Shown: positions 12,526-24,124 of the stretch, one piece after another
Position numbering within the stretch: the stretch's first letter is position 1
Layout of the letters: every line of letters begins with the position of its first letter
Source: Malacoraja senta
Lineage: Eukaryota
NCBI GenBank assembly: GCA_038087875.1
Contig: CM075998.1
Coordinates: 7,132,001 to 7,196,000, forward strand
Direction: 5' to 3'
DNA length: 64,000 nt
The notes under the pieces: generated by a model
The model's database searches: none
What the model was told of the DNA's origin: nothing
What the model saw: only the letters and a program-made list of their open reading frames with translations
Position numbers and translations under genes: made by a program

Positions 12526-12687
12526 TGTGATGTATGTGATATGATTAGCATATGTTATGTCTTGTGTGAGGGGACGCATGCGCTGGGGGAGACTCAAGGT
12601 GGCTTCCCTAGAATAAAGAAGCTTGTCAGTTTACTCCTGTATCTGAGAGTTCTTTTGAGTCAGTTCCAAGTACCCAAATACACTACA
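12526..12687 (+). repeat. 3' LTR (162 bp)
   Basis: Near-identical to 7324-7484. Confidence 0.93.
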
Positions 12688-12950
12688 TTTCAATACATGA
12701 ATACACTAAGATCATTCAGGTGCTGCACCTGTTGATCAAAGCCTGGCTCTACTGTGGAATGTAATTAGAATGTAATTTAGCCTAACATTCATAGCTAATC
12801 CAAGTACTATTTGTATCTCTGTGAAATATAGACCCCTGTGGATGCTGCTGCAAGCAAATCTTTCATTGTTTCTGCACCTCAGTACCTTTGCGCACCGAAA
12901 ATAAACTAGACTTGTGAACTGGAGACCATAGACTTTAAGTGGTTGTCAAA

Positions 12951-13168
12951 AGAAACATAGAAACATAGACAATAGGTGCAGGAGTAGGCCATTCGGCCCT
13001 TTCAGCCTGCACCGCCATTCAATATGATCATGGCTGATCATCCAACTCAGTATCCCGTACCTGCCTTCTCTCCATACCCCCTGATCCCTTTAGCCACGAG
13101 GGCCACATCTAACTCCCTCTTAAATATAACCAATGAACTGGCCTCAACTACCTTCTGTGGCAGAGAGT
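12951..13168 (-). mobile_element. CR1/HER1-like LINE 3' end
   Basis: Reverse complement of 5330-5547 (NSLPQKVVEASSL..GYGEKAGTGY). Confidence 0.9.
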
Positions 13169-13614
13169 TTGTGTACATATATTTGTTCCCAAACCTCCGC
13201 AAAAACAGTAGACAATAGCACGCCAATTTTAGACCCACCTTACTCACCATTGTACTGCGATGTGAACTACCAAGTTTAGTTCAGATTGGTGTTATATTTT
13301 AGAAGTTATTGATATTTTAAACTTTAATAAATCACTTGCCATGCCCATCAGCCGCGTTCGACATCACAATGGGAGCCCAACGGGTCCGCGCCTGTGTAGT
13401 TGGAGCCCGTTGATCTAATACTTACGTGTTCATCTTGCATCACAACGGTAAGATAGCCGCCAGAACCGCGGGTTGCCGGGTTGGTTATCAGTTGGGGGTT
13501 GCCGAGCCCGCCGCCATTTTGAGATCGCCAGCTGCGCTTGCACAGTTGGCCCACCGCCATCTTGAAATCGGCAATTTGACTCGCATCACAACGGGGATCT
13601 CTGCGGGAACCTGT

Positions 13615-13734
13615 CAGCCGCGCCTGCGCAGTTGGGGGCTATGGGTGAATATTGCGTTGGGGGACCAGGCCTCCCGTGTGGGAATGGGACCCAACGGGTC
13701 CCACTTAGTCTGGTCTATATATACTATTATTAAG
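13615..13734 (+). mobile_element. Helitron-like 3' terminus (hairpin + CTRR)
   Basis: TGGGACCC-AAC-GGGTCCCA hairpin (13685-13703) followed by CTTAGTCTGG; related ends at 14561-14577(+), 15363-15391(-) and 61383-61410(-). Confidence 0.65.
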
Positions 13735-15341
13735 CTTCTCATCTTGTCCTCTTCTGGTTTGCGTTGTTTTTAAATTTGCGCAAAAACGGTACCCTCTCTC
13801 GCTAGGATTTTTTCGTCATCTTACTCGCCGTTGTCCTCTGCTCCATGTGCAGCAGGTTTGTTTCGAGGGGTGAAAATATTACAAAAGTTATGAAGGTTTA
13901 AATATCGTGAGATCAGCAGATTGGTCTTCTCGCCTGTCGTCACCATGAAGGTAACGCCCCTTCCGGCACCCACTGCCAATCACCAGGGCGAGGGGAATAG
14001 CACCCCGGAGGCAGGGCTGAGTGAGTGAGTGAGCCCACAAGCTGCGCTGAGTGAGTGAGCCCATAAGCCGGGTCCTGGAGCTGGTGAGTGCAGTCGGAGT
14101 CGGAGTCGGAACCAGGGAACCGGTGAGCCCACACACCTCCCTCCCACCCCCCCTCCCCACACACCTCCCCTCTCCCACCCCCCTATATCCCAGATCTCCC
14201 CTCCCCCACACACACCCCTCCCCCACCCCCACACCCCCTCCCCCCCACACCCCCACCTCCCCCACACCCCCTCCTCCCCACACCCCCACCTCCCCCACAC
14301 CCCCACCTCCCCCACACCCCCTCCTCCCCCACACACCCCTCCCCCACCCCCTCTCCCCCACAGACACACACCCCTCCCCCCCTCACCCCTCTCTCTCCCA
14401 CCCACCCCCTCCCCCACACAACCCCCCACCAGCCCCCCACAGGCACCGCCTGAAGCCATCCCCATCCCCAGCTACAGAATGCTCCCCCGTTGCTTTTGGG
14501 GAACAGGTGAGTGGTGGAATATTGCATTTGGGAATGGTTGCATTGGGTGGCCAGGCCTCCCGTCCCACTTAGTCTAGTACTTATTAAAAGTGTCATCTTG
14601 TGTATACATGTGTGGTGTGTGTGTGCGTGTATGCCTATGCGTCTTTCTACCTTCGTCAAAAGGCCATGCGCTAGCGCAGAAATGTACACAGATTATTAAT
14701 CACATTAACCCCGTTGACAAAATAAACTGCTTCACTTCACATTTCATGCTAAATTTCACAAGTCGTTCATTATTAAAGATTTTAAAATGCGGCCTTTCAA
14801 ACAACTCACAGATTCTTCAAGCAGCTTCGAATCACGTCACAATGCCCCCCCCCCCCCCCAACAGTTTAAACTTCATAATCCACTGATTCTTCGCAAGGGG
14901 GGGGGAGTGCCACGCTGGAATGTTCTGGAAACTCCCCCCCCATGCCCCGTCACACTGAAGTCCCACAGCCCGCCGCCTCGTTCGGGTCCACGCCCGCCCG
15001 CGACCTCGCTCAGTCCTCAGGTCCACGCCCGCCCGCGACCTCCCTCATCACCGCGCTTCCCCTCCCTCCCTCCCTCCCACACACTTCCCATCGCGGACCA
15101 AATATGATTTGAAAGTAATACGGCCAACTCTCAACACCATGGTAAAGGAATTCAAACCCACTTACAGACCAGCTTGATTTGATTTGATTTGATTTGATTT
15201 GATTCAACTTTATTGTCATTGTCCATAGTACAAGTACTGAGACATCGAAATATTTTTCCCATACAGCCGTAAGAATAAAAAATAAATAAATAAATAAAAA
15301 CACAGAACACGATAGTCTATAACACAAACATCCCCACACAA

Positions 15342-16810
15342 CTTAATAATAGTATATATAGACCAGACTAAGTGGGACCCGTTGGGTCCCATTCCCACAC
15401 GGGAGGCCTGGTCCCCCAACGCAATATTCCACAACTCACCCATAGCCCCCAACTGCGCAGGCGCGGCTGCCGGGTTCCCATTGTGACGCTCCTGATCCCC
15501 CCCCACGCACTCAATCCATCCCCCCCTCCCCAACCACTCTTAGCGGATCTCCGACGGCGCAGCCAATCCCGGCCATTGGGTTCCCATTGTGATGTGCAAC
15601 ATGCAGGCATTACTGCGCAGGCACAGCTGACGGGCACGGCAAGTGGGAAATGGATTTATTAAAGCGTAAAATGTGAATAACTTAAAATATAACAACTATT
15701 TGAAATGTTAAAGATGAGATTTATTAAGTTCAGTTCTTTTCTTGTGTCTCTTGTTGCGTTCTACTGCTCACTGTCTCTTTATGGCTCTTTGCTGTTGATG
15801 ATAGAGTTACAATTTTAATATAGAGACATTGAGTGGTCAAATTTTAACGAAGAAAATCTGAGAATTTACATCAGGAGTCATCATTCAACCAAGCATGCTT
15901 TTAATGACAAGATTCTTGGTCAATGTTCCATCCTTCAGAAAAACGTTGACATTTTCCTTCATCTTTCCTCGGCTAAGCCACATGCTGAAATACTACTTTC
16001 TCTAGGTAGATCAACACATTCTCGATTGTTGTCCTTGCGCTTTATGGATCGTCATAGCAAAACTTGACTGAACGGGGAATTGGGTCCGCTGAGGGGAATG
16101 TCTTCGCCTTTTGTCAAATTGAGCATTGTCCTAGTAATGAGAACAATGTCATCTTGAAGGCTCCCATGTTGATTATTGCAACGATCAGCTGATTCTGTAG
16201 CTCTTCCACAATCATCCTCGTTCCATTGCATAGCTGTGGGGTGTTTCAAGTTTCTTATTAACATTGGAGATCCTTTTTTCAACTCCAGTTTGTGTGGTGG
16301 TAATCCAGAGATGTCAAGTGAATCGAGGAATTCTGTGGGAAGCTAGTAGCATTAGTTCCCTCAGTGACAGCATTGAAAGAAAAGTACTCTTTAATGATTC
16401 CAGGGAAGAGTCTGATACATGTAGAATTGATCCTTATCATTGTATCATTGTGCAGAACCAAGATACAATTGTCGGAGAATAATTCAGCAGGATTGTCAAA
16501 TGCGGGATAGATGAAATGAATACAATCCTCCAGTGTTATTGCTGATAGAACCATGTCTGTGGCATTTTAATTTCATCATCTTGATTCTTTAAAATGTTGT
16601 CTTCTCCAACTTTCAACAAAAATTAAGAATAGTCGCCTTCTCCCTCTGTCAATCACATATTTGTGTGCAATTGAAACTTGGTGAAAAGTGTCCACAAGTT
16701 AGATTTCTTGATGCAGGAATTTTCAACATCATTTCCCCTTTTCACCACAGGAAGGATTGTCGAAAATCGCCACAACAAATGGTAAGAATGCCGCCAAAAT
16801 GCGTAGTGTT
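15342..16810 (-). mobile_element. Helitron remnant: Pif1-type helicase C-terminal pseudogene (~15890-16810) plus 3' hairpin terminus (15363-15391)
   Basis: Frameshifted motifs FGGILTICCGDF, ILPVVKRG..SCIKKSNLW..QLHTN, LKKGSPMLIRNL and TKNLVIK, on the same strand as the hairpin/CTRR end. Confidence 0.8.
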
Positions 16811-16829
16811 CACGCGGGGGCCTGTCAGT

Positions 16830-17885
16830 GGGGAGGGAGGCGAGCGACCTACAGCCAGAAGAGGGGGATGGATTCAGGCGGGGTTGGCTGGGGCCAGTGG
16901 GGGAGGGGTTGGTAAGGGAGCACTGCCGTGGCCTACTGCTGCCTTGGTCTTCTGCTGCCTTGGTCTTCTGCTGCCATGGCCTGCCACTGCCGCTCCCCAC
17001 TGGCTTCAGGAGGGGGCCGGTGGGGAGCATCCTACAGCTGGGGACAGGGACGGCTTCAGGCAGGGGTCGGTGGGGGGGGGGGGCATCCTACAGCCGGGAG
17101 AGAGGCACAGCTTCAGGCGGGGGCTGTCGGGGCCGGTGGGGGGAGCATCCTAGAGCCGGGGGAGGGGGAAGGCTTAAGGCGGGGGCCAGTGGGGGTACCT
17201 TTCTGGAGGGCTAGTATGGGTGCTGTGGGCCGAATTGACTGGTATCCAGAGGGCTAGTATTCACATTGTGGGCCGAATTGACCTTTCTTGGGCTAGTCCT
17301 GCAGCTGGGGATGGGGAGGCTTCAGGTGGGGGCCGGAGGGAGCGTTCTATGGCCGGGGGTGGGGGGGGAGGGGCGGACGGTTTCAGTCAGGGGCCAGTGT
17401 GGGAGCGCTGCCTTGGCCTGCCGCTGGGGGGGGGGGGGGGGGGGTAGGGGGGTGTGGGCGGGGGTGATGTGCCCCTCCAGAGCCCGGCGCCCTCAATCCC
17501 CCCACTCTCATCCCTCACTGCCCCAGGATCTCGAGGTTGTAGCCGTCAGCGCCGCAGTCGGCCAGGCTCCTCACATTGGGGAATCTCCGCACTCCGGGCC
17601 GCCTCCGGGACGGACGGATTTCTGGACTCACTCACTGACTCACGGATATCTGGGACTCACTGACTGACTCACGGCTTTCTGGACTCACTCACTGACTGAC
17701 TAACGACTTTCTTCACACTCTCACGGATTTCTTCACTCACTCACGGATTTCTACACTCACTCCCGGATTTCCGTACTCACACTCCCGGCTGCTGGACTCG
17801 CTTACGGTTTCTGGACTCAGCCCGGCCTCCGGGTATTTATTCTCCTCGCCCCGGTGATTGACAGCGGTGCTGGAAGGGGTGTTGC
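16830..17885 (+). repeat. GC-rich dispersed repeat; inverted copies at ~43880-44480 and partly 13945-14130
   Basis: ORFs 17220-17447(+) and 44122-44382(-) are visibly homologous; shared GGACTCACTCACTGACT units. Confidence 0.75.
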
Positions 17886-18536
17886 GGGAGGAGGGAGATA
17901 GAGGGGGGTAGAGACGGGGAGAGAGGGGAGGGGAGAGGGGGGAAGAGTGAGGTGGGAGAGAGGGGGGTAGGGGAGAGGGGCAGAAGGAGCGGGGGAGAGA
18001 TTGGGGGAGGGGGGAGAGGAGGGGGGAGAGGGTGGGATAGGGGGATAGGGTGGGATAGGGGGAGGGAAGACGGGGAGGGAGGAGAGAGGGGGAGGGTGGG
18101 AGGGGGGAGAGAGGGGGGCAGAGAGAGGGGGGAGAGAGGGGGGAGAGAGGGGAGGGGGAGAGAAGAGAGAGGCCGAAGTGAGAGTAGGGGAGGGGAGGAG
18201 AGAGGAGAGGGGGAGGAGGAGGGGTTAGAGGTGGAGGTGGGGGAGAGGTGGAGGTGCGGGGAGAGGAGGAGGAGGGGGAGAGGAGGAGGAGGGGGGAGAG
18301 CAGGAGGGGGAGGAGGAGGTGGAGAGGAGGAGGGGGAGAGGATGAGGGGGTAGAAGAGGGAGGGGGGTTAGAGGAGGAGGGGGGGAGAGGGAGAGGGGAG
18401 GGAGGACGGGGAGAGGAGGAGGGAGGAGAGGGGGATGGGGGGAGAGGAGGAGGAGGGGGGAGAGGGACCCGACCCGAGACGGACCCGACCAGAGACGGAC
18501 CCGACCAGAGACGGACCCGAGAGCTCTAGTACAGGG

Positions 18537-18628
18537 TACACAAAAATGCTGGAGAAACTCAGCGGGTGCAGCAGCATCTATGGAGCGAAGGAAATAGGTA
18601 ACGTTTCGGGCCGAAACCCTTCTTCAGA
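18537..18628 (-). mobile_element. 92-bp Penelope-derived mini-element with hammerhead core and 13-bp TSD
   Basis: CTCTAGTACAGGG at 18524-18536 and 18629-18641; the minus strand reads CTGAAGA-A-GGGT-TTCG-GCCC-GAAACGTT. Confidence 0.85.
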
Positions 18629-19049
18629 CTCTAGTACAGGGCCCGACTTGCTCGTTCTTCACTCGCAGCGCAGTCTTCAGCTATGATCTTTGGTCTTCAG
18701 TCGACGGGCGGACTTTTGAACAATGGGGGAGGAGGGAGGAGGGGCGGGGGTGACGTCATTCGCAGCGCGAGCAGACGACGGCAGGCAGATCCATTGTGAC
18801 GTCATCAGCGAAAAACAGATTTCAACGTTTTATCGGATTTGTGAACATTTTCATTAATAACTCAAGAAATAAAGCACAAAATCTTCAGATAAGGCGTTTT
18901 CAGACTCCAGGGGGTAAATCTCTACCCGAATATGTAAAAATTGTACAGTTAGCACGTCGTTCTTTCGAGATGTGACAACACACAAACAAATAAATACACA
19001 CACACACAAACACGTACACATACAAGATCAGAGTCTTATGGTTATAAGG

Positions 19050-19088
<39 letters not shown>

Positions 19089-19310
19089 AGAAGCTAGAAG
19101 ATAGATAAGATAGAAGATACAAAATCTCTGCGAGGATTAGATCGGGTAGATGCACAGTCTTTTCCCAGAGTAGGGAAATCGGGGACCAGGGGACGTAGGT
19201 TCAAGGTGAAGGGGAAAAGATTTAATAGGAATCAGAGGGGTAACATTTTCACACAAACGGTTGTGGGTGTATGGAGGTCGTTGAGGCTGGAACTATCTCA
19301 TCGTTTAAGA

Positions 19311-19877
19311 GAGGGGCCTCCAAACTTTTCAGCATGAGGGCCACATTATATATTCAGCACATTTTTGTTGGCCGTAGGAAAAAATAAAGAAATGTCACAC
19401 ACACACACTGACACACACACACTGACACACACAGACACAAGCACACACTAACAGACGCAGACACACACACACACCGTCACACACACACACCCTGACTCAC
19501 ACACGCACACACTGACACACACACGCACACACTGACACACGCACACCCTGACACACACAGTGATAAACATACACACTGACACACACACACACTGACACAC
19601 ATACATACCGTGACATGCGCACACACGTAGAAACGCACACGCACACATGGGCTCCCATACACCGAAACACACACAGGCACATAGACCCGCACACACACAC
19701 ACACACACACAGACACAAACACAGACAGACAAACACAGACAGACACACACACACTTACACATACAGGCTCTCTCACACTCTATCTCTATCTCTCTCTCTC
19801 CCTCTCATACATACACCGCACTGTGATAACCCCTCCGGCATATGAGACCCACGCATGCATAATGCTCACCCATCGGG

Positions 19878-19913
<36 letters not shown>

Positions 19914-20615
19914 GAGCCGGCTACCGATCCGCCGATCTCCACAGGGAGAGGGAGAGAGAGAGAGAGGGAGGGAGAGAGGGGATAGAGAGAGAGAGGGAGG
20001 GAGAGTGGGGGATAGAGAGAGAGGGGGGGGACGGTGGGAGAGATAGAAAGAGAGAGATTCCCCTGGCCGCGCCGGCACGCGTCGGCGGAGATCCGGTCAA
20101 AATGTCCAGGTCAGTGTGGCGTCCCGGAGGTGGAGCTGTTCACGGGTCACCCTCACGGGGGGAGACCGCTGCACACCACCCCGGCCGCCAACTACCCCTC
20201 GCTCCACTCCTCACCCCACGCCACCACCCCGCACAACTTGCCTTTGCAACACAGGAGCAGCAGTAGAGTCGCTGTCTCACAGCGCCAGAGACCCGGGTTC
20301 CATCCTGACTACGAGTGCTGTATGTACGGAGTTTGTACCTGCGTGGGTTTTCTCCGGGTGCTCTGCTTTCCTCCCACACTCCACGTTTACAGGTTAATTG
20401 AATTTGTCCCGAATGTGTGTAGGATAGTGCTAGTGCGTAGGGCATAGCTTCGATGGGCCGAAGGACCTGTTTCCGTGCTGGATCTCTAAAGCTGCGCTAC
20501 CACAGAACCCACTAAATAGCCCGCCGTACAGAACGTGTTAAGAGCTTACTGCGGGCCGGATAAAATCTCGTGGCGGGCCAGTTGTGGCCCGTGGGCCATA
20601 GTTTGCGAACCCCTG
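19311..20615. mobile_element. Non-autonomous hAT-type DNA transposon inserted into a CR1 3' fragment (~19115-20770)
   Basis: 8-bp TSD GTTTAAGA (19303-19310, 20616-20623); imperfect TIRs GAGGGGCCTCCAAACT / AGTTTGCGAACCCCTG; interior is CA/GA microsatellite plus a SINE. Confidence 0.8.
20265..20495 (+). mobile_element. tRNA-derived V-SINE (HE1-like)
   Basis: B-box-like CCCGGGTTCCATCC, V-domain GTGGGTTTTCTCCGGGTGCTC..TTTCCTCCCACA, CR1-like tail GGGCCGAAGGACCTGTTTCC. Confidence 0.75.
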
Positions 20616-20829
20616 GTTTAAGAAACAATTAAACAGGTACATGGACAGGGCAGGTTTGGAGGGATATGGACCAAGCGTAGGCAAGTGGAACTAGTGTAGC
20701 TGGGGCATTGTTGGCCGGTGTGGGCAAGTTGGGCCGAAGGGCCTGTTTCCGCAATATATCACTCGACTCTAAACCTGGGCCGCGTCGCCACCAGCAACAG
20801 AACGATATCGTTCTCGCAGTCGGGTCGTC

Positions 20830-21750
20830 GTTTGCGGATAGTTTATTTTTAGTTTCTGCATCATTTGTACGTAGTTCTCGTGTAGTTTGTGCGGTTTCTG
20901 TGTAGCATTTGTGTAGTTTCTGCATTATTTGTCCGTAGTTTGTGTGTAGCTTTATATAGTCTGTGCCTAGTTTATTTTTCTGTGTGTAGTTTCTGCAAAG
21001 TTTGTTTGTAACTTGTTTGTAGTTTCTGCATAGTTTGTGTGTAGGTTCTGCAGTTTGTGTGTAGATTCTGCATCGTTTGTGTGTAGGTTCTGCAGTTTGT
21101 GTGTAGATTCTGCATCGTTTGTGTGTAGGTTCTGCAGTTTGTGTGTAGATTCTGCATCGTTTGCCTGTAGCTTGTGTGTAGTTTCTGAATCTTTGATGTA
21201 GTCTCTGCATAATTCGTGTGTAGTTTCTGTGGTGTATGCGTAGTTTCTGTGTAGTTTGTGAATAGTTGTGTAAATTATGTGTAGTTTTGGTGGTTATGTA
21301 ATTTCTCTGCAGTTTCTGCTAACTTTCTGTCTATTTCGTGTCTATTTTGCATCTAGTTCATGTCTATTTGACCATAGTTTATGTCTAGCTTGATTGTAGT
21401 TTTTGCGTACATGGTAGTTGGTACATAGTTTGTGTGTAGGTGCCTGGTTCCTGATTGGTTTGTGACTGGTATGGGTGTAGATCATGTCTAGCTCGTGCCT
21501 AGTGCGTGCGAAGGTCGTGTATAGTTTGTGTAGGTTTTGCTTGGTTGGGGAATCATTTGTCCATAGTTTGTGTAGTTAGCGTGTAGTTTGTGTATAGTTT
21601 GTGTGTAGTTTGTGTATAGTTTTGTGTAGTTTGTGTGTAGTTTTGTGTATAGTTTTGTGTAGTTTGTGTGCCGTCTGTGTATAGTTTGTGTGCAGCCTCT
21701 GCCTAGTTTCTGCAGTTTGTGTGTAGTTTGTGTGTAGTTTATGTGTAGTT
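20830..21750. repeat. Degenerate minisatellite (TGTGTAGTT core; 33-bp higher-order unit near 21030-21160)
   Basis: Directly visible tandem units. Confidence 0.85.
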
Positions 21751-21816
21751 TCACACATACACCACGCCGTTTCCAGTCTGTCTTTCTCCTCGTTTTTATT
21801 CCAACTCCACTCAAAC

Positions 21817-22629
21817 TCACTCCTCTTCTTCTTCATCCTCCTCCTCCTCCTCCCACTCCCTATCGCCCACCTCCATCACATTTGCCGCCCAGGCAGCGTA
21901 GCGACCCACACGCGTGTACACGCCTCGACTCCCGCAGGCTATGGGCCCGAAGGAGACCACCCCTCTCGCCACGCACTCCCCCCCCCTTCCCCCGGAAGAC
22001 CAGTGGCCCCCCGACGTCTCCCTGACACGAATCACTCCCCGGCGCTCCGGCACAGAGCATGTTCTCAGTGAACGTGGGTGTGTTGTTCCCGTAATCTGCC
22101 CCCTGGCACTGCGCCATGTCCGCCACCGGCACCTTGACGTAGAGCAACTTCGGGACTGTACGCCCTTTGGAACGCTCCGTAAGGCCCCAGCCCGCTACCA
22201 AGCCCACTTTCCCGATGTCCGGCTCCCCCCCAACCTCCCCGGCCCGAGGCATGCAGAGAGGGGATAGACCCTTCCGAAATCTGGGCCGCTTAACCAGCTG
22301 CAATAGAGCGATATCGTTGTCAAAGTCTACGGTAGGTCCCTTGTCGAGATGGCGAAATTCCGGGTGTGAGAAGACTTTCCGGACCCTGAGGTCTTCCTCT
22401 CCCTCCCTTATCTTCTCCCATCGGTCTGTCATTCCTCCCCGGACGGTGGGCAAGGACCCCGTTTGTAGGATGTGAGCGGCAGTCAGAACCCACCCGTCCC
22501 CCACCAGAGCTCCCCCTCCCCGCTCCGAGCCGCTGGCGATCCACACCTGCCAAGGGAGCTGGTCGGGACCGGCTTCTTTACCTCCGAATATCCGGCCAAT
22601 TGCCGAGAACACATCACACTTGCCACAGA
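21817..22629 (-). CDS. C1s/C1r-family gene, last exon: activation linker + whole serine-protease domain; catalytic Ser reads Val; 1-bp frameshift in the G-run at ~21978-21993
   Basis: Acceptor ctccag|TCTGT; CGK..GR/IFGG, PWQV, GGGALVGDGWVLTAAH, DFDNDIALL, GWG, NMLCAG, DSCQGDVGGP; the shifted frame continues GVVSFGPIACGSRGVYTRV..WEEEEEDEEEEE-TGA. An intronless SP exon is typical of C1r/C1s/MASP2/MASP3. Confidence 0.88.
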
Positions 22630-24016
22630 CTGGAGGGAGGGGGGAGAGTGAAGGGAGGAGAGAGGAAGGGGAGGAAGACGGTGAGAGTGGAAAGGGGGGG
22701 GGGGGTAGTAAGGGAGAGGATAGAAAAAAGGAAGAGAAGGGGGCAGGCAGGGGAGAGAGTGAAAAGGGGAGAAAGAGAGAAGGGAGATGGGGTGAGAGGG
22801 AGAAAAAGAGTGGAGAAAATAAATGAGAGATGGAGGAGAGTAAAAGGGAGGGAGTAGGCAATAGAGATAAAGGTGAGCAGGAGAGAGAGAGAGGGGGAGG
22901 GGGGGGCAAGAATCCAGGGAGAGATGGGGAGGAGAGAAAGAGAAAAGGGAGAGTGGAGGGAGGGTGGGAAGTGGGGGGGTTAGAGGGGGAGGGGGGAGAG
23001 AAGGAGGATGAAAATGGCAAGCAAGAGAGAGGAGAATGAGAAAAGGGAGGGTAGGGCGGGGGATTTAGAGGGAGTGGGACAGAGAGGGAGAGAAAGTAAC
23101 AAAAGGCATATGATTAAGATTGTGAATAAAACAACATCTTGAAAAATCCTCAATATTGGGGAATTAGGGGAGGGCATCAATGATTGGTGGAATTATTTTA
23201 TAGTTGTTTAGTCTGGCGTAGTTTAGTCCAGCTTAGTTTCGTTTATTGTCACATGTACCGTTATAGTGAAAAGCTATTTTGTTGCGTGCTATCCAGTTAG
23301 CAAAAAGACTATACATGATTATAATTAAGCCGTCCACAGTGTACCGTCCAAATGATGATAGGAATAACGTTTAGTGCAAGGTAAAGTCCAGTAAAGTCTG
23401 TTTAAAGATAGGGAAACGATTTACTAGCAAAGGACGAATGGCCTGTTTCCATGCTGTGTGGCTCTGTGACTCTGTTAGCGGAATCAAGAACCAGAGGACG
23501 TAGGTTTAAGGTGAGGGGGCGGAAGATTTAACAGGAACCCGAGGGGAATCTTTTCCACACAGAGGGTGGTGGAAGTATGGAGCTGTTAGAGGAGGTAGTT
23601 GAGGCAGGGACTGTCACAATGTTTAGCATTTGGACAGGTACGTTGGTAGGACACGTTTCGAGGGATTTGGACCAAACACGGGCAGGTGTGGGGTATTTTG
23701 GTCGGCGTTGGCGAGTTGGGCAGAATGACTTGTTTGCGTGCTCTATGACTCTATGAGTCTATGTTAGGGGAATCAAGGTTTAAGGTGAGAGGGGAGAAAT
23801 ATTTAATAGGAACCTGAGGAGCAACTCTTTCACACAGAGGATCATGGGTGTATGGAACAAGCTGCCGGACCAGGTTGTTGAGACATTTAGACAGGTACAT
23901 GGATAGGTTTAGAGGGTTATGGGCCAAACGTGGGACTAATGTAGATGGGGCATGTTGGTTGGCATCTACAAGGGACAAGAGTTTGGAGATTGGAAGCCAG
24001 TAAGTGGATTACTTAC

Positions 24017-24094
24017 CTGGTTTACATTTCGGAAGTGTGACGATCCCGGTAACAATATCCACCCATTCGCCATCACCTGAGCATTCGAACTCCA
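24017..24094 (-). CDS. C1s-like exon: CCP2 second half
   Basis: tag|..EFECSGDGEWVDIVTGIVTLPKCKP|gtaagt; 78 bp, phase 1/1, joins in frame to the SP exon. Confidence 0.9.
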
Positions 24095-24124
24095 CTAGCG
24101 CAGGACGGGAGAGAAGCGAGCGGT

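Larger units (their letters stand above)
7324..12687 (+). mobile_element. Non-autonomous LTR retrotransposon carrying an ASPM-like gene fragment
   Basis: Direct-repeat LTRs at 7324-7484 and 12526-12687 (TG...CA, internal AATAAA), PBS after the 5' LTR, PPT before the 3' LTR; absent from the paralogous site at ~40140. No RT, RNase H or IN motifs seen inside. Confidence 0.9.

Noticed and set aside
13888..14689. Gly/Pro-rich overlapping ORFs
   Set aside because: Low-complexity C-rich tract; similar artefacts at 17900-18530, 31700-32200 and 39100-39950.
20629..21836. Repetitive HTNYTQ-type ORFs and a CRISPR-like periodic look
   Set aside because: Degenerate minisatellite with no unique spacers; eukaryotic context.
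22630..23020. N-terminal Pro/Ser/Leu part of the 386-aa ORF
   Set aside because: Pyrimidine-rich intron upstream of the acceptor at 22630-22631.
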